From a virus (Duplodnaviria; Caudoviricetes): 31,489 bases of DNA. The notes below the pieces were generated by a model that did not search any database, was not told the origin of the DNA, and saw only the letters and a program-made list of their open reading frames with translations. How positions within the stretch are numbered: the first letter of the stretch is position 1; each line of letters starts with the position of its first letter. The position numbers and the translations under genes are program-made. Location: positions 1-31,489 of IMG/VR virus record IMGVR_UViG_3300005512_000202; one strand, 5' to 3'. Of the stretch, positions 9,374 through 18,528 are shown in pieces.

Positions 9374-9685
9374 CTAACGATCGCCCCCACTACCTTGTAT
9401 AACTCCACGAGCCTGTCGTGACTTCAGCTTCTCAATATTAAAGATTGCTATATCCTCTAGCTTAACACCTTGGTCTGCAGCAACGTTAGCTAGATTCCAC
9501 AGTACATCACCAAGCTCTGACACCACCTTAGTACGATCAATGTCAACAGCATCCCCACGTAACAGAGGCTTGACAAATAAGTCAGCGGCCTCTGCAGCTT
9601 CAATCATGAGTGACGTTACAGGGTACAAGCGGTCTGTGTAGATTGCTGTCTTTTGTGCTTGTTTTTGATACTCATTAAAGTCCAT
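9374..9685 (-). CDS. mazG: MazG-like nucleoside triphosphate pyrophosphohydrolase
   Basis: FNEYQ..A.KTAIY, EAAE, SELGDVLW, NIEKL.SR..RG.I.GSG. Confidence 0.9.
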   Translation of the reverse strand: MDFNEYQKQAQKTAIYTDRLYPVTSLMIEAAEAADLFVKPLLRGDAVDIDRTKVVSELGDVLWNLANVAADQGVKLEDIAIFNIEKLKSRQARGVIQGSGGDR

Positions 9686-9935
9686 TCTCTACCTCGTCCA
9701 CCGCTTCAATCATTCTGTCTAGATACCACTTAGCCTTCTTTAGATCCTGTACAGGGTGTTCCTTGTAGCGCCAGCGGTGAAGGTACTTCAGCGTGTTTCC
9801 TTCACAGTACTCAATAAAACCCTCACCCAACTGCTGTTTGATATAGTCAATGGCTTCAATGCCTCCAGTGTTGTAGTGTTTGGGTTTCGTTACTGCGTCC
9901 CACTGCTCTGGTGTTGCGTCATTCAATCTCGTCAT
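9675..9935 (-). CDS. DUF3310 protein (T7 gp1.7-like nucleotide kinase family)
   Basis: PKHY..GGIEAID, GN.LKY..RW..K, DLKKAKWYL. Confidence 0.85.
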   Translation of the reverse strand: MTRLNDATPEQWDAVTKPKHYNTGGIEAIDYIKQQLGEGFIEYCEGNTLKYLHRWRYKEHPVQDLKKAKWYLDRMIEAVDEVENGL

Positions 9936-10101
9936 CGTTATATATATCCTCTACTTCTAATTCATCTTCAAGGTAGTCACGCTTTGCTTCAATAAAATCT
10001 TCAAACCTATACACGATATCTTCTGATGATATCTCAAGTACCTCCAGCAAGTCAATCTCTGGCAGTAACTTTAGTTTGTCACACAGATCCTTGAATGTCA
10101 T
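9919..10101 (-). CDS. Small acidic hypothetical protein
   Basis: 60 aa, overlaps both neighbours, ATGA coupling. Confidence 0.7.
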   Translation of the reverse strand: MTFKDLCDKLKLLPEIDLLEVLEISSEDIVYRFEDFIEAKRDYLEDELEVEDIYNDDEIE

Positions 10102-10871
10102 GACGCATCCTTACCATACTTCTTACGGAGATAATTAATGGATACAGGTAGCTCATCAAAACTACCGTTGTTTACTTCGTTCAACATCCAGATACCTGAC
10201 CAGCTGCCGTTTGTCTGTGGATTCAAGTACTCTTCCTCGTGTTGATAGAAGATACCAGCAAACAAACCAGTAATGTTAGCGCCATCTGCACGTCTTGCAT
10301 ATGCTATGTCACGGTCTTGCACATGGCCTTGCACACACGACATCATCTTCTTCTGTAGCAACAGCTTTGCATTCGTTACAGGTCTACCCATCACACCTGA
10401 ACAGAAGTAGTGACAGTAGGCTATACCATCAATAACGATTGGCTTCAGGAACGGTACAACTTTCCAGCCCATCTCAGGCAACATCAGATCGTCATAGCTC
10501 ATCAAACCTTCTAACTTTGCATCAGACTCTATCGCTCTCTCAATGCGTTGCTCGTGGTTGCCAAGTAGGAACACCATCTTAGGTTGCCACTGCTTCTTCT
10601 TGTTGATACGGAGGCGCTCACGCTCTGCTCTGATAGGCTCTAGGAATGCAAGCATAGCATCAATACCAGCTTCTACATCTTTAGTGTATCGCCTACCTTC
10701 AAAGCTCTTCTTGCCTACGTCATAGCTGGACAGGCTTGGCATGTCCCAGTGATCACCTAAGTGTACAATCACGTCAGGCTTCTTGTCAGCAGCGTACATA
10801 CCTGCCCAACGTAGGTGGTCATGTTTGCCATCAGGTTTGACCTGTGTGTCAGGAATGATTAAGTGTTTCAT
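10098..10871 (-). CDS. Calcineurin-like metallophosphoesterase
   Basis: PDTQ, HLGDHWD, LGNHE, QGHVQ metal-binding motifs. Confidence 0.88.
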   Translation of the reverse strand: MKHLIIPDTQVKPDGKHDHLRWAGMYAADKKPDVIVHLGDHWDMPSLSSYDVGKKSFEGRRYTKDVEAGIDAMLAFLEPIRAERERLRINKKKQWQPKMVFLLGNHEQRIERAIESDAKLEGLMSYDDLMLPEMGWKVVPFLKPIVIDGIAYCHYFCSGVMGRPVTNAKLLLQKKMMSCVQGHVQDRDIAYARRADGANITGLFAGIFYQHEEEYLNPQTNGSWSGIWMLNEVNNGSFDELPVSINYLRKKYGKDAS

Positions 10872-11299
10872 TTATGTCTCCACTTGTTTGGTACAGTCTC
10901 TGGGGTGTAGAAAGTGAAACCATTCTTATTTGCCCACTCCTCCATCGTATACTTAGTCCCGTCTGCTCTCTTTCTTGCAAACGGCATTGCAGTTCTCGGA
11001 TTCTGGAATACAAATACCAGTTCATGAACAAAGTCAAAGTCAACAGTACGGTTAAGACTATCTCTAACATCGACATACTTCTTAGCCTCGTTCCTATCTC
11101 TGAACCTACCTTTGACTTCAATGTACGTTAAGATCTGCTCTTCCTCATCAAAGTATACAAAGTCAGGCTCATAAGTTCTACGTTGTATATACGGTATACG
11201 CTCTGTGTGGTACTGACATTGCCTGAGTTCTTTAGAGAGATCAAACTCTAACCAACTGTCAAACCCCTTCGGTATGTTCTTCCTTGACCGCTTCTTCAT
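10868..11299 (-). CDS. T7 endonuclease I-like Holliday junction resolvase
   Basis: FDSWLE, YEPDF, IEVKGRF PD-(D/E)xK motif; start at ATG 11299 behind AGGAAGAGG. Confidence 0.85.
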   Translation of the reverse strand: MKKRSRKNIPKGFDSWLEFDLSKELRQCQYHTERIPYIQRRTYEPDFVYFDEEEQILTYIEVKGRFRDRNEAKKYVDVRDSLNRTVDFDFVHELVFVFQNPRTAMPFARKRADGTKYTMEEWANKNGFTFYTPETVPNKWRHK

Positions 11300-11972
11300 T
11301 GACCTCTTCCTTGGTTGGTGGTGTCCAGATCTGCCCTTCATACCTCCTGAGCCACAATAGGATACCATTCTCTACAGCCCTCTCTTCACTACCTAACTTC
11401 TCAACACAGATCTCAAACATCTCACGCTCTGTCTTGCCCTCTAACAACTTCTTAGCTCTGACAGCACCGATACCTTTAACACCAATGATGTTATCAATAC
11501 GGTCGCCTGTTAAGAATTGCATGTAGAAGTTAAGTGTCCCCTGCATGTTGCTAATGTAGTACTGTTGTTTCTTGACAAAGTTATAGTGCCATCCTTTCAC
11601 TTGGTCAAAGTCTTTGTCAATGCTAACAATCCAGCACTCATCACCTAACTCAGTGGCTCTGATAGCAATAGCATCATCAGCTTCTTCACCCTCAACAAGT
11701 GTTGCTCCAATCTCCAGCATGTACTCACGCAGTGCATCGTAGTGTACAGGTCTTTCACCTTTTCTATTGCCTTTGTAAGGCTCTGTGACTGCGTAGTCGT
11801 TACGGTAGTTGGTCTTGCCTGTGATGAATAGTTCAAAGTCTTCGGTGTTGAGTTCCTCGCAGATGGTTTGGATAGTCTCGCCCAGCATATGCCGAGCGAG
11901 AGCAAAGTCCTCATCATTATAGGCGAACCCTATCCTGTATGTGAGGATGTCACCGTCAATGAGAGCGATCAC
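11259..11972 (-). CDS. 5'-3' exonuclease (T7 gp6-like)
   Basis: LIDGD, YKGNR, EADD, SIDKD, GDRIDNIIGVKGIG. Confidence 0.92.
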   Translation of the reverse strand: MIALIDGDILTYRIGFAYNDEDFALARHMLGETIQTICEELNTEDFELFITGKTNYRNDYAVTEPYKGNRKGERPVHYDALREYMLEIGATLVEGEEADDAIAIRATELGDECWIVSIDKDFDQVKGWHYNFVKKQQYYISNMQGTLNFYMQFLTGDRIDNIIGVKGIGAVRAKKLLEGKTEREMFEICVEKLGSEERAVENGILLWLRRYEGQIWTPPTKEEVNEEAVKEEHTEGV

Positions 11973-12385
11973 AAAGCTTCCTCACCTGCCACTACAGGAT
12001 TTGGGGTATACTCGATTACATCAGTCAATGTAAGACCTCCAATCTTAATACCGATAGCCCAACCACTGCGCTTAGTGGGTGCGTGTGTCCACTGGTAAGC
12101 CTCTGCTTTAACGTCAGCTTTAGAACCATTCGCTACCATCCCTTCAAAGACACCGCCGTCTTTTAAGTATGGCGTGATTGGAAACTTAGCAGACTTAGCA
12201 GTAACGAAGTAACCACGATCATCGCCTTTGGTGCGGACGTTTAAACCAATGTCTTCTAGCACACCTACCTGCTCTTCGTTGAGCTGGCATAGGTCTACCT
12301 GATACTTGCCAGACATAGTGTTAGGCTCTGCAAGAGATGCCCAGTAAAGTGTTACGTTGTTTAGTTCTACAGGTACTTTGTTCAT
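11969..12385 (-). CDS. Single-stranded DNA-binding protein (gp2.5-like OB fold)
   Basis: YWASL.EPN.MSGKYQVD, NGSK; lies between Pol and exonuclease; own strong promoter. Confidence 0.72.
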   Translation of the reverse strand: MNKVPVELNNVTLYWASLAEPNTMSGKYQVDLCQLNEEQVGVLEDIGLNVRTKGDDRGYFVTAKSAKFPITPYLKDGGVFEGMVANGSKADVKAEAYQWTHAPTKRSGWAIGIKIGGLTLTDVIEYTPNPVVAGEEAL

Positions 12386-12402
12386 AAAGTATTCTCCTAA
12401 AG

Positions 12403-12418
12403 GTTAATCATGATTAAC
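12403..12418. promoter_or_regulatory. Palindrome GTTAATCATGATTAAC, copy 2
   Basis: Between the promoter and the RBS of the SSB gene. Confidence 0.8.
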
Positions 12419-12435
12419 TTCTTGATATGCTATAT

Positions 12436-12464
12436 ATTATACAGCAAAAAGAAGTATATGTCAA
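12436..12464 (-). promoter_or_regulatory. Consensus sigma70 promoter for SSB and downstream genes
   Basis: TTGACA(12464-12459)-17 bp-TATAAT(12441-12436). Confidence 0.88.
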
Positions 12465-14119
12465 TGCGTATCATACCAACTATTACCAATTTTAGACTCA
12501 GCGTCTACGCGAACCCTGAACCCTAACTGCTTCCCTGCTTGAGTGGCAGACTCTTCCATGATCTTTGCCACCGCTACTGCCGCTTCCTCTCTTACCTCCA
12601 TTTGTATCTCATCGTGAACGAATGCTACCTGCTTTACAGTATAGCCTAGACCTGCGTTGTTGAGTCTCTTGTGTAACTGAACGCACCACTGCTTAGCTAT
12701 GATTGCACCACAGCTTTGGAGTAGCGTGTTGAGTGCTGCTCTTTCTGATCTGATGTGTAGTCTTCTACCGTCAAGACCTTTGATGTGTCCTGCTCTTGCA
12801 AGACTACCCACCAGCGTCTGGAGTTCTCTAAGCTTTGGCGTGTTCGCATAGAAGTTCTCAAGTATCTGTTCACCTTCCTTTGCACCTCCTCCTACAATTG
12901 ATCCAATCTTTGCAGCACCTGCACCGTAGAGTGTAGCATAGATCATAGTCTTTGCCATGTTTCTCTCAGGCAATCCTGCGGCCTTCTGATTCTTGGTATG
13001 GATGTCACCCTCAAGTAGCTCCTGTGTCCACTCATCATCCTTCATGTAGTGTGCTAGACAGCGCAACTCAATACCACTCAAGTCACAACCAACAAGCTTG
13101 TAACCTTCAGGCACTACCCAGAGACTGCGACACTCTGCGCCATACGGACTAGACACTGACGGTATTTGTCCCATGTTGGGACTACTGTGTGTCATGCGTC
13201 CTGTTACAGCACCATTACTGATCACTCTACCATGTACTCTGTTGTCGTCACCTGCGGCATTGATCCAACTATCAACAAGACCAACACGCTTCTGTAACAT
13301 TAAGTACTCTGCCACCAGCTTAGCCTCTGGCAGGTCTATATCAGCCAGTGTGCCTTCATCAACTACAGGTCTGCCTGTCTCTGTCACGCGCTTCCACTTC
13401 ACACCAAGACTCTCAAGCCTCTTAGCTACCTGCTGGCGTGAGCCTACGTTGAAGACCTCAACATGATCCTTGAGGCGCTTTCCTGTCTTCTCGCTCCAGC
13501 GTTCAGTCACGATAGGTGGGAAGGTATCCTGCATCTGCTCTTCAATCTCAGCCATGCGAGCCTTGAGCATAGTCAGTAGATCTGTAGCACCTCGAACATC
13601 CAACAAGAATCCATTGCGCTCTTGCTTGCACATCTGTATTGCTACAGCGTGTTCAAGATCAATGGACTGCTGAGAGAAACCAAGGTTGTCTAGCTCACCA
13701 ACAAGATGGTGATATAGATCGTGAGTAAGATCAACATCACGTTTACAATACTCGACCATCTCTTTTGAATAGCCTGCCTCAAAGTCATCAAAGTCAATCT
13801 TACCATCATCACCTCTCAATCGCTGTCCCCATGCCTTGAGTGAGTGACCGCCTTCAATGTCAGGTTTATACAAACGAGACATGACAAGCGTATCAATCAC
13901 CTGAGATGGGTAGAGTGTTATATCCCAGACATCACGCAATACAGGAGCATCAAAACCAATACCATTGTGCATGACAACAGGCGCATTGCTGTTTAGGTAC
14001 TCTTGAAAGAAGGTGTTATTGTCCTCAGTCCAGACTTTAAACCCATCAGCTTCGGAATACGTAACAGCACACCAAATAGTGTCATGCGCTAGGTTAGTTT
14101 CAATGTCCAATACAATCAC
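12461..14119 (-). CDS. polA: Family A DNA polymerase with 3'-5' exonuclease
   Basis: LDIET, HNGIGFD, YCKRD exo motifs; DLSGIELR, RNMAKTMIYATLYG, VHDE polymerase motifs. Confidence 0.95.
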   Translation of the reverse strand: MIVLDIETNLAHDTIWCAVTYSEADGFKVWTEDNNTFFQEYLNSNAPVVMHNGIGFDAPVLRDVWDITLYPSQVIDTLVMSRLYKPDIEGGHSLKAWGQRLRGDDGKIDFDDFEAGYSKEMVEYCKRDVDLTHDLYHHLVGELDNLGFSQQSIDLEHAVAIQMCKQERNGFLLDVRGATDLLTMLKARMAEIEEQMQDTFPPIVTERWSEKTGKRLKDHVEVFNVGSRQQVAKRLESLGVKWKRVTETGRPVVDEGTLADIDLPEAKLVAEYLMLQKRVGLVDSWINAAGDDNRVHGRVISNGAVTGRMTHSSPNMGQIPSVSSPYGAECRSLWVVPEGYKLVGCDLSGIELRCLAHYMKDDEWTQELLEGDIHTKNQKAAGLPERNMAKTMIYATLYGAGAAKIGSIVGGGAKEGEQILENFYANTPKLRELQTLVGSLARAGHIKGLDGRRLHIRSERAALNTLLQSCGAIIAKQWCVQLHKRLNNAGLGYTVKQVAFVHDEIQMEVREEAAVAVAKIMEESATQAGKQLGFRVRVDAESKIGNSWYDTH

Positions 14120-15708
14120 AAGTTGTCCTCTATGTTGTGTTCGCTCATTCTACCAGTACCCAGATCGTATAGCAAGTCACACGCCTTACCTGTGATACCA
14201 CTAAAGCGATTCTTCAGCACCCTAACGTGTGTGGTGTTGCGTACTATAAGATCATCAGCTTGACCGTTACGCTCTAGTCCCAACACCATGTCACTAAGCT
14301 GTGCAATCGCGCCACTTCCCCGTAATTGCGACAAACTAGTAGCGCTACCTTCCTCGTGACCTTTGCCGTCAGGTCTCTTCAGATGGCTCACACAGATCAA
14401 GCCTATGCCTGTCTCCTGCACAAGCATGCGTAGCCTTGTCATTATCTCATCAATGGCCTTACGCTCGTCACCAGAGCCTTGTGCAGACACGACAATCGAG
14501 ATGTGATCCAAGAAGATATACTCGCACCCAAGACCTTTTGCGAGATAACGCACACGATTAATAATATTATCGACAGTTGTGCTACCAAAATGATCAAACA
14601 GGTAGAGACGATTTGTTCCAAGAGTTTTCTCATAGGCTGTAATCTTTTCATCATCGCTTGCTTCACAGTCTGGTAGGTGCAGTGGCTTGTTAGCGGCCAG
14701 CGACATGATACTCAGACCTGTTCTGCGTGTACTCTCCTCTAAAAATAATAAGCCAATGTTATCCTGAGTCTTCTCAAGAATATGCCATACAATCTCACGC
14801 ACAAATTGAGACTTACCAAGCCCAGAACCTGCAGTTATGGTAACTAACTCACCCTTTCGGATACCGTAGGTTAATTTGTTTAGGCCTGTGAAAGGATACA
14901 TTACATCACTAGCCTCGACAGGCTTCATCACTAGATCAAACAAGGTACTGCCTTGAATGATACCGTCAGGAACAAACTGATCAGCCGCCCACCAAGCATC
15001 ACTAAACTCTTTACCAAGGTTGTCAACAAGGTAGTCGCAAGCGTCCTTGATGGGGATGTTGTTGATGCTGGGACGATGACGCATGATGCGAGACTTAGCC
15101 CCAAACAGCTCAGCTACTTCGTTGGTAGCTTTCTGTCCTGCCTCATCATTATCAAAACAGATCACAATAGAATCAAAGCTGTCGAGCCACTCGTATTCTT
15201 TCTTGCAATCCTTCAATGCTGATGCAGCACCATTACGGATAGACACAACAGGCCACTTAGATCCCAACATCTGGTATGCCGCGAGAGCGTCCATCTCACC
15301 CTCAACAACAGTAACAAACTTGCCACCTTTCTTGAACAAGTGCTGTCCGTACAGTGTCGCTTGCTTCCACTCACCATTGATGCTGAATGACTTGTCTGGT
15401 GTCTTGATCTTCTCGGCCACAGCAGATCCAGTGTGGTCACGATATGTAAAGATAAGGTTATTACTATCGGTAACACAGCCGTAGGTGCGACAGGTCTCTG
15501 CACTGATGTTACGTGACGGTATAGACCTGAATACTCCATCACTCTTAGGTTCAAACTTAACTACTGTATTCACAACAAGCTCTCCTACGCTGTCTACTTT
15601 ACGTCTTGTTTGGCAAACAAAGCAATGACTCCAACCATCATCGTTTACAGCGAGACCGTCACTACTACCACAATCATGGCATGGTTGATGTGTTTGTATA
15701 AAAGACAC
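14116..15708 (-). CDS. Primase-helicase (T7 gp4-like)
   Basis: CHDC...CFVC zinc finger, VEGEMD and FDND TOPRIM, GSGLGKS Walker A, LDHI, LRGSG, KNRF. Confidence 0.95.
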   Translation of the reverse strand: MSFIQTHQPCHDCGSSDGLAVNDDGWSHCFVCQTRRKVDSVGELVVNTVVKFEPKSDGVFRSIPSRNISAETCRTYGCVTDSNNLIFTYRDHTGSAVAEKIKTPDKSFSINGEWKQATLYGQHLFKKGGKFVTVVEGEMDALAAYQMLGSKWPVVSIRNGAASALKDCKKEYEWLDSFDSIVICFDNDEAGQKATNEVAELFGAKSRIMRHRPSINNIPIKDACDYLVDNLGKEFSDAWWAADQFVPDGIIQGSTLFDLVMKPVEASDVMYPFTGLNKLTYGIRKGELVTITAGSGLGKSQFVREIVWHILEKTQDNIGLLFLEESTRRTGLSIMSLAANKPLHLPDCEASDDEKITAYEKTLGTNRLYLFDHFGSTTVDNIINRVRYLAKGLGCEYIFLDHISIVVSAQGSGDERKAIDEIMTRLRMLVQETGIGLICVSHLKRPDGKGHEEGSATSLSQLRGSGAIAQLSDMVLGLERNGQADDLIVRNTTHVRVLKNRFSGITGKACDLLYDLGTGRMSEHNIEDNL

Positions 15709-15886
15709 GTGGTTCTCTCCTCAACATAGTCTTGATTACTCTAAACGCATTAGCGTGGTGCGGGTCTCGACAATGCTCTTCCATCAAATCAAAAAACAAG
15801 TCAAGATCAACATCTTCTGCAACACGAGCAGCTTCCATTAACGTATGGTAGCGATGTGCTTCCAACATATCTTCATAACCTTCCAT
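15674..15886 (-). CDS. Hypothetical protein
   Basis: Start moved to ATG 15886 behind GGAG; the longer track ORF runs through promoter/leader DNA. Confidence 0.65.
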   Translation of the reverse strand: MEGYEDMLEAHRYHTLMEAARVAEDVDLDLFFDLMEEHCRDPHHANAFRVIKTMLRREPRVFYTNTSTMP

Positions 15887-15901
15887 AACAGTACTCCATA
15901 G

Positions 15902-15917
15902 GTTAATCATGATTAAC
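15902..15917. promoter_or_regulatory. Palindrome GTTAATCATGATTAAC, copy 3
   Basis: In the leader of the primase/polymerase transcript, just before the RBS. Confidence 0.8.
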
Positions 15918-15977
15918 TTCAGTTGGTAAAGATAATAATAAACACTAATAACTCTACCACTCACTGACATACTATAT

Positions 15978-16006
15978 AGTATACAGGACAAACCAAACTC
16001 TGTCAA
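15978..16006 (-). promoter_or_regulatory. sigma70 promoter for the replication genes
   Basis: TTGACA(16006-16001)-17 bp-TATACT(15983-15978). Confidence 0.82.
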
Positions 16007-16221
16007 GACTCAAGTGAAAATAAATCATCAAGGTCATCGTAACGTATGTCGAGTTCAGCATGATCCATCTCTGTCAATAGATCTTCACGTTCTGTTGTGT
16101 GAATATTTCTCTTGACATAACTGTAACAGTGATTACACATATCAACAAACTCTTGGGTATCAGCATACTTTCTAGTGGCTTCGAAGTCGGTCAAGCCTTC
16201 GTTACAAATAACACACCTCAT
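16003..16221 (-). CDS. Small zinc-finger protein
   Basis: CVIC...CNHC, acidic tail. Confidence 0.75.
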   Translation of the reverse strand: MRCVICNEGLTDFEATRKYADTQEFVDMCNHCYSYVKRNIHTTEREDLLTEMDHAELDIRYDDLDDLFSLES

Positions 16222-16514
16222 AGCTCACCCTCTTGCTGAAACTGCTCAAGCTCAGCATTAAACAGTTTAAAGATTAGTTTACCTGCTTTCTCAGCATCAT
16301 TGTTAAACCAACACTGAAAAATATCATCAGTAAACTTGTCAATCCCTGCCACTGTGTCGTAAAAATACTCACCAGTGTAGCATTCTAAGCGTGCCTGAGA
16401 GTTGGTATTCATCAAATCAATAAAACCATTTTCAGCACAATCACGACAAAGTACCGTATCTTCGACACTAAAGTGCTCACAATCCCTGCAAACTTCATAT
16501 CCACTCATAATCAT
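16218..16514 (-). CDS. Hypothetical protein with N-terminal zinc ribbon
   Basis: CRDC...CRDC; AAGGAG RBS. Confidence 0.72.
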   Translation of the reverse strand: MIMSGYEVCRDCEHFSVEDTVLCRDCAENGFIDLMNTNSQARLECYTGEYFYDTVAGIDKFTDDIFQCWFNNDAEKAGKLIFKLFNAELEQFQQEGEL

Positions 16515-16574
16515 TTACTCCTTAATTTAAAAAGGACACGAGTTCTAATAGAGCCCTATTAGAGATGATGTCCT

Positions 16575-16664
16575 TTATTCTCTCCAATCTTCATCACTAA
16601 ACCAAATGACAAATATGCTAATCATTACACCAAGAAAAATCATATCATAAATATCAGGCAGCAT
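16575..16664 (-). CDS. 29-aa single-pass membrane microprotein (not in ORF track)
   Basis: AGGAG RBS then MLPDIYDMIFLGVMISIFVIWFSDEDWRE*; fills an otherwise empty gap. Confidence 0.55.
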   Translation of the reverse strand: MLPDIYDMIFLGVMISIFVIWFSDEDWRE

Positions 16665-17133
16665 ACACAATTCTCCTACCAGTCCAGTACATATTAACAC
16701 CTTTTACTTTCCAGTCAAGTCGTTTCTGTTCGTAGTAATTACGATAAGCAACAATGGCATTGGTATCTTTGCACTCGTCAGGCATACACTGTGGCGGGTC
16801 TGTCCACTCAATGCTGGGAATGCCTCTAGGAGGCTTTGAGAGAGCTTCTGAGCAACGTTCCCATGTTTTGTGTACCCTACCATACCTAAAGGTGTACTCG
16901 TCTGAGAGAGCCTTTAAGAGCCTGTAGAGCCATCGGTACTGATAACGACCAGATCTAGCCCAAACAGCACTCGGGTGGTTTTTGTGTGTAACTTTGTACG
17001 GAGCTGTACCACCAAGCTCGTGATGAGCTGTAGATAGTAACTGTGCATACTCGATTATCATTTTGTTGACGTGCTTGTCGCAGTGCATTTTAGCGCACTG
17101 CCATACGTCCCTGTGTAGATAGAATATATTCAT
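16654..17133 (-). CDS. Pyrimidine-dimer DNA glycosylase family protein
   Basis: MNIFYL, CDKHV.KM..E.AQLLST.H, Y..TH.NHP...W, PQCMP, YR.YY. Confidence 0.8.
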   Translation of the reverse strand: MNIFYLHRDVWQCAKMHCDKHVNKMIIEYAQLLSTAHHELGGTAPYKVTHKNHPSAVWARSGRYQYRWLYRLLKALSDEYTFRYGRVHKTWERCSEALSKPPRGIPSIEWTDPPQCMPDECKDTNAIVAYRNYYEQKRLDWKVKGVNMYWTGRRIVYAA

Positions 17134-17254
17134 TTGCTAAGCTCCTCAGTTTGGCCTGTATGTCATAAAGGTCTTGTCGTGTGGTGTCTTCTGGATCATC
17201 CAACAGACATGCAATGTCAAGCTCTAAATCTGTGATTCTTTCTAAAATGCTCAT
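17090..17254 (-). CDS. 54-aa hypothetical protein (not in ORF track)
   Basis: GAGGAG RBS; MSILERITDLELDIACLLDDPEDTTRQDLYDIQAKLRSLANEYILSTQGRMAVR*. Confidence 0.6.
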   Translation of the reverse strand: MSILERITDLELDIACLLDDPEDTTRQDLYDIQAKLRSLANEYILSTQGRMAVR

Positions 17255-17268
17255 ACTGTTACTCTCCT

Positions 17269-17469
17269 CTAGTCCTCACCAAAGAAATCGTACCATTCCT
17301 CAGGCGTGATACCAGTCTTGATAAACTCACGCTGTGCAGGCGTAAGGTTTGGAAAGGCATCCTGTAGTAGAACGCCAAAGTTTTCGTAAGCATACAATTG
17401 TTCAGGCGTGATGTCAAGCTCCATCTCATGCGCCTCATCGGTCAAGCTACTAATCCGCATTACCAACAT
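17269..17469 (-). CDS. Small acidic early protein
   Basis: AAGGAGG RBS; LLQDAFPNLTPAQREFIKTGITPEEW. Confidence 0.75.
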   Translation of the reverse strand: MLVMRISSLTDEAHEMELDITPEQLYAYENFGVLLQDAFPNLTPAQREFIKTGITPEEWYDFFGED

Positions 17470-17659
17470 CGGCAACCTCCTTTGGTAAATAGTTTCTGAT
17501 CATACTCTCGTACGATTCAGCCGCAAGTGTATAGGCCTGAGCTTTGCCTTTGAAATAGTCATCCTCTGTCTCGACAAAAAGCTCAGTGTTTATGCTACTC
17601 AGCGATCTGAATGACTCAACTTGTCCTTCCAGTAAATATCTCATTGTGTCTGCATTCAT
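17450..17659 (-). CDS. Hypothetical early protein
   Basis: 69 aa, GAGGT RBS, ATGA overlap. Confidence 0.7.
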   Translation of the reverse strand: MNADTMRYLLEGQVESFRSLSSINTELFVETEDDYFKGKAQAYTLAAESYESMIRNYLPKEVADVGNAD

Positions 17660-17889
17660 GCTACCACCTCGTGTGTGTCAGGTTCAAATAATTCTATGTT
17701 GTACTGCACCAAATAACTACGCTGTCCGTTCAAAGCGCGAAGCACCAAATCATCATTAGCGTAGACATAGTATGCACCGTCACGCTTCTCAACGTCAAGA
17801 GCATTGGCTCGACACTCTCGCAAAGTTTTTTGCAGCGTTCGCTTAGCCATGATTGTGCTTTTTGTGGGCTGTAATACTTTCTGTATCAT
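17656..17889 (-). CDS. Hypothetical early protein
   Basis: 77 aa, AAGGAG RBS. Confidence 0.7.
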   Translation of the reverse strand: MIQKVLQPTKSTIMAKRTLQKTLRECRANALDVEKRDGAYYVYANDDLVLRALNGQRSYLVQYNIELFEPDTHEVVA

Positions 17890-17902
17890 AAAAATCTCCT
17901 TG

Positions 17903-17919
17903 GTTAATCAGTGATTAAC
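17903..17919. promoter_or_regulatory. Palindrome variant GTTAATCA-G-TGATTAAC, copy 4
   Basis: Same half-sites with a 1-bp central insertion; between a stop codon and the next RBS. Confidence 0.7.
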
Positions 17920-18519
17920 TTACAATAAAAATGTGTAGTGAACTTCGCTGACATGATTGCCATCAATCCACCGCTTAGACTTGGTAGACAGGTAGTCACA
18001 CCAAGCATTCCAGAGGTGTTCTGTGCCTATAGTATGACACAGGTCAACATACTTTTCAATGCGTTTACGCTTGAGCGCAACAGACTTGACAGATTTAGCA
18101 AGGGTCAAATCACGTATATCAATATTGTACATGCGAATATTATGCACATCAATACAGCCTACTAACCCTGCACAAAGCTGACACAAGAAACCTGCTTTGG
18201 GCAAACCCAAACCATCAATGCGCAAGAATACTTGCATCATCGAGACAGCCTTGTCGAAGTCTGTTTTGTTACTGTTAAGCACAGCCATAAACTGACTGTA
18301 CAGAAAATGCTTGTGAGTCTGCAAAAACAAATAAGTTTTGCGCTTGTTACCCCACAAAAATCTACTGTCAAGTTTATTCTCTCGAACATCATCGAGTTGA
18401 TCACCAACAAAATACCAATTCTGTTGAATGCTGAGCACCACCATTAAGGCGGTGTCAGCAAAGTTGTCAGCATTGCGTTGAGCAAATGCATTAATCTTTG
18501 GGTTGTGTGTCTGAAACAT
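17920..18519 (-). CDS. HhH-GPD superfamily DNA glycosylase/AP-lyase-like protein
   Basis: HhH motif LRIDGLGLPKA followed by CIDVH, matching the Lys...Asp-x-His arrangement of EndoIII/Ogg-type enzymes. Confidence 0.6.
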   Translation of the reverse strand: MFQTHNPKINAFAQRNADNFADTALMVVLSIQQNWYFVGDQLDDVRENKLDSRFLWGNKRKTYLFLQTHKHFLYSQFMAVLNSNKTDFDKAVSMMQVFLRIDGLGLPKAGFLCQLCAGLVGCIDVHNIRMYNIDIRDLTLAKSVKSVALKRKRIEKYVDLCHTIGTEHLWNAWCDYLSTKSKRWIDGNHVSEVHYTFLL

Positions 18520-18528
18520 TGGATGCCT

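Noticed and set aside
6212-15708. Introns or inteins in RNR, polymerase or helicase
   Set aside because: All are uninterrupted and of normal or compact length
15887-16006. N-terminal extensions in the ORF track (also at 18879, 11368, 20352, 22475, 19580)
   Set aside because: They run through promoters, leaders or upstream genes; internal ATGs have the RBS
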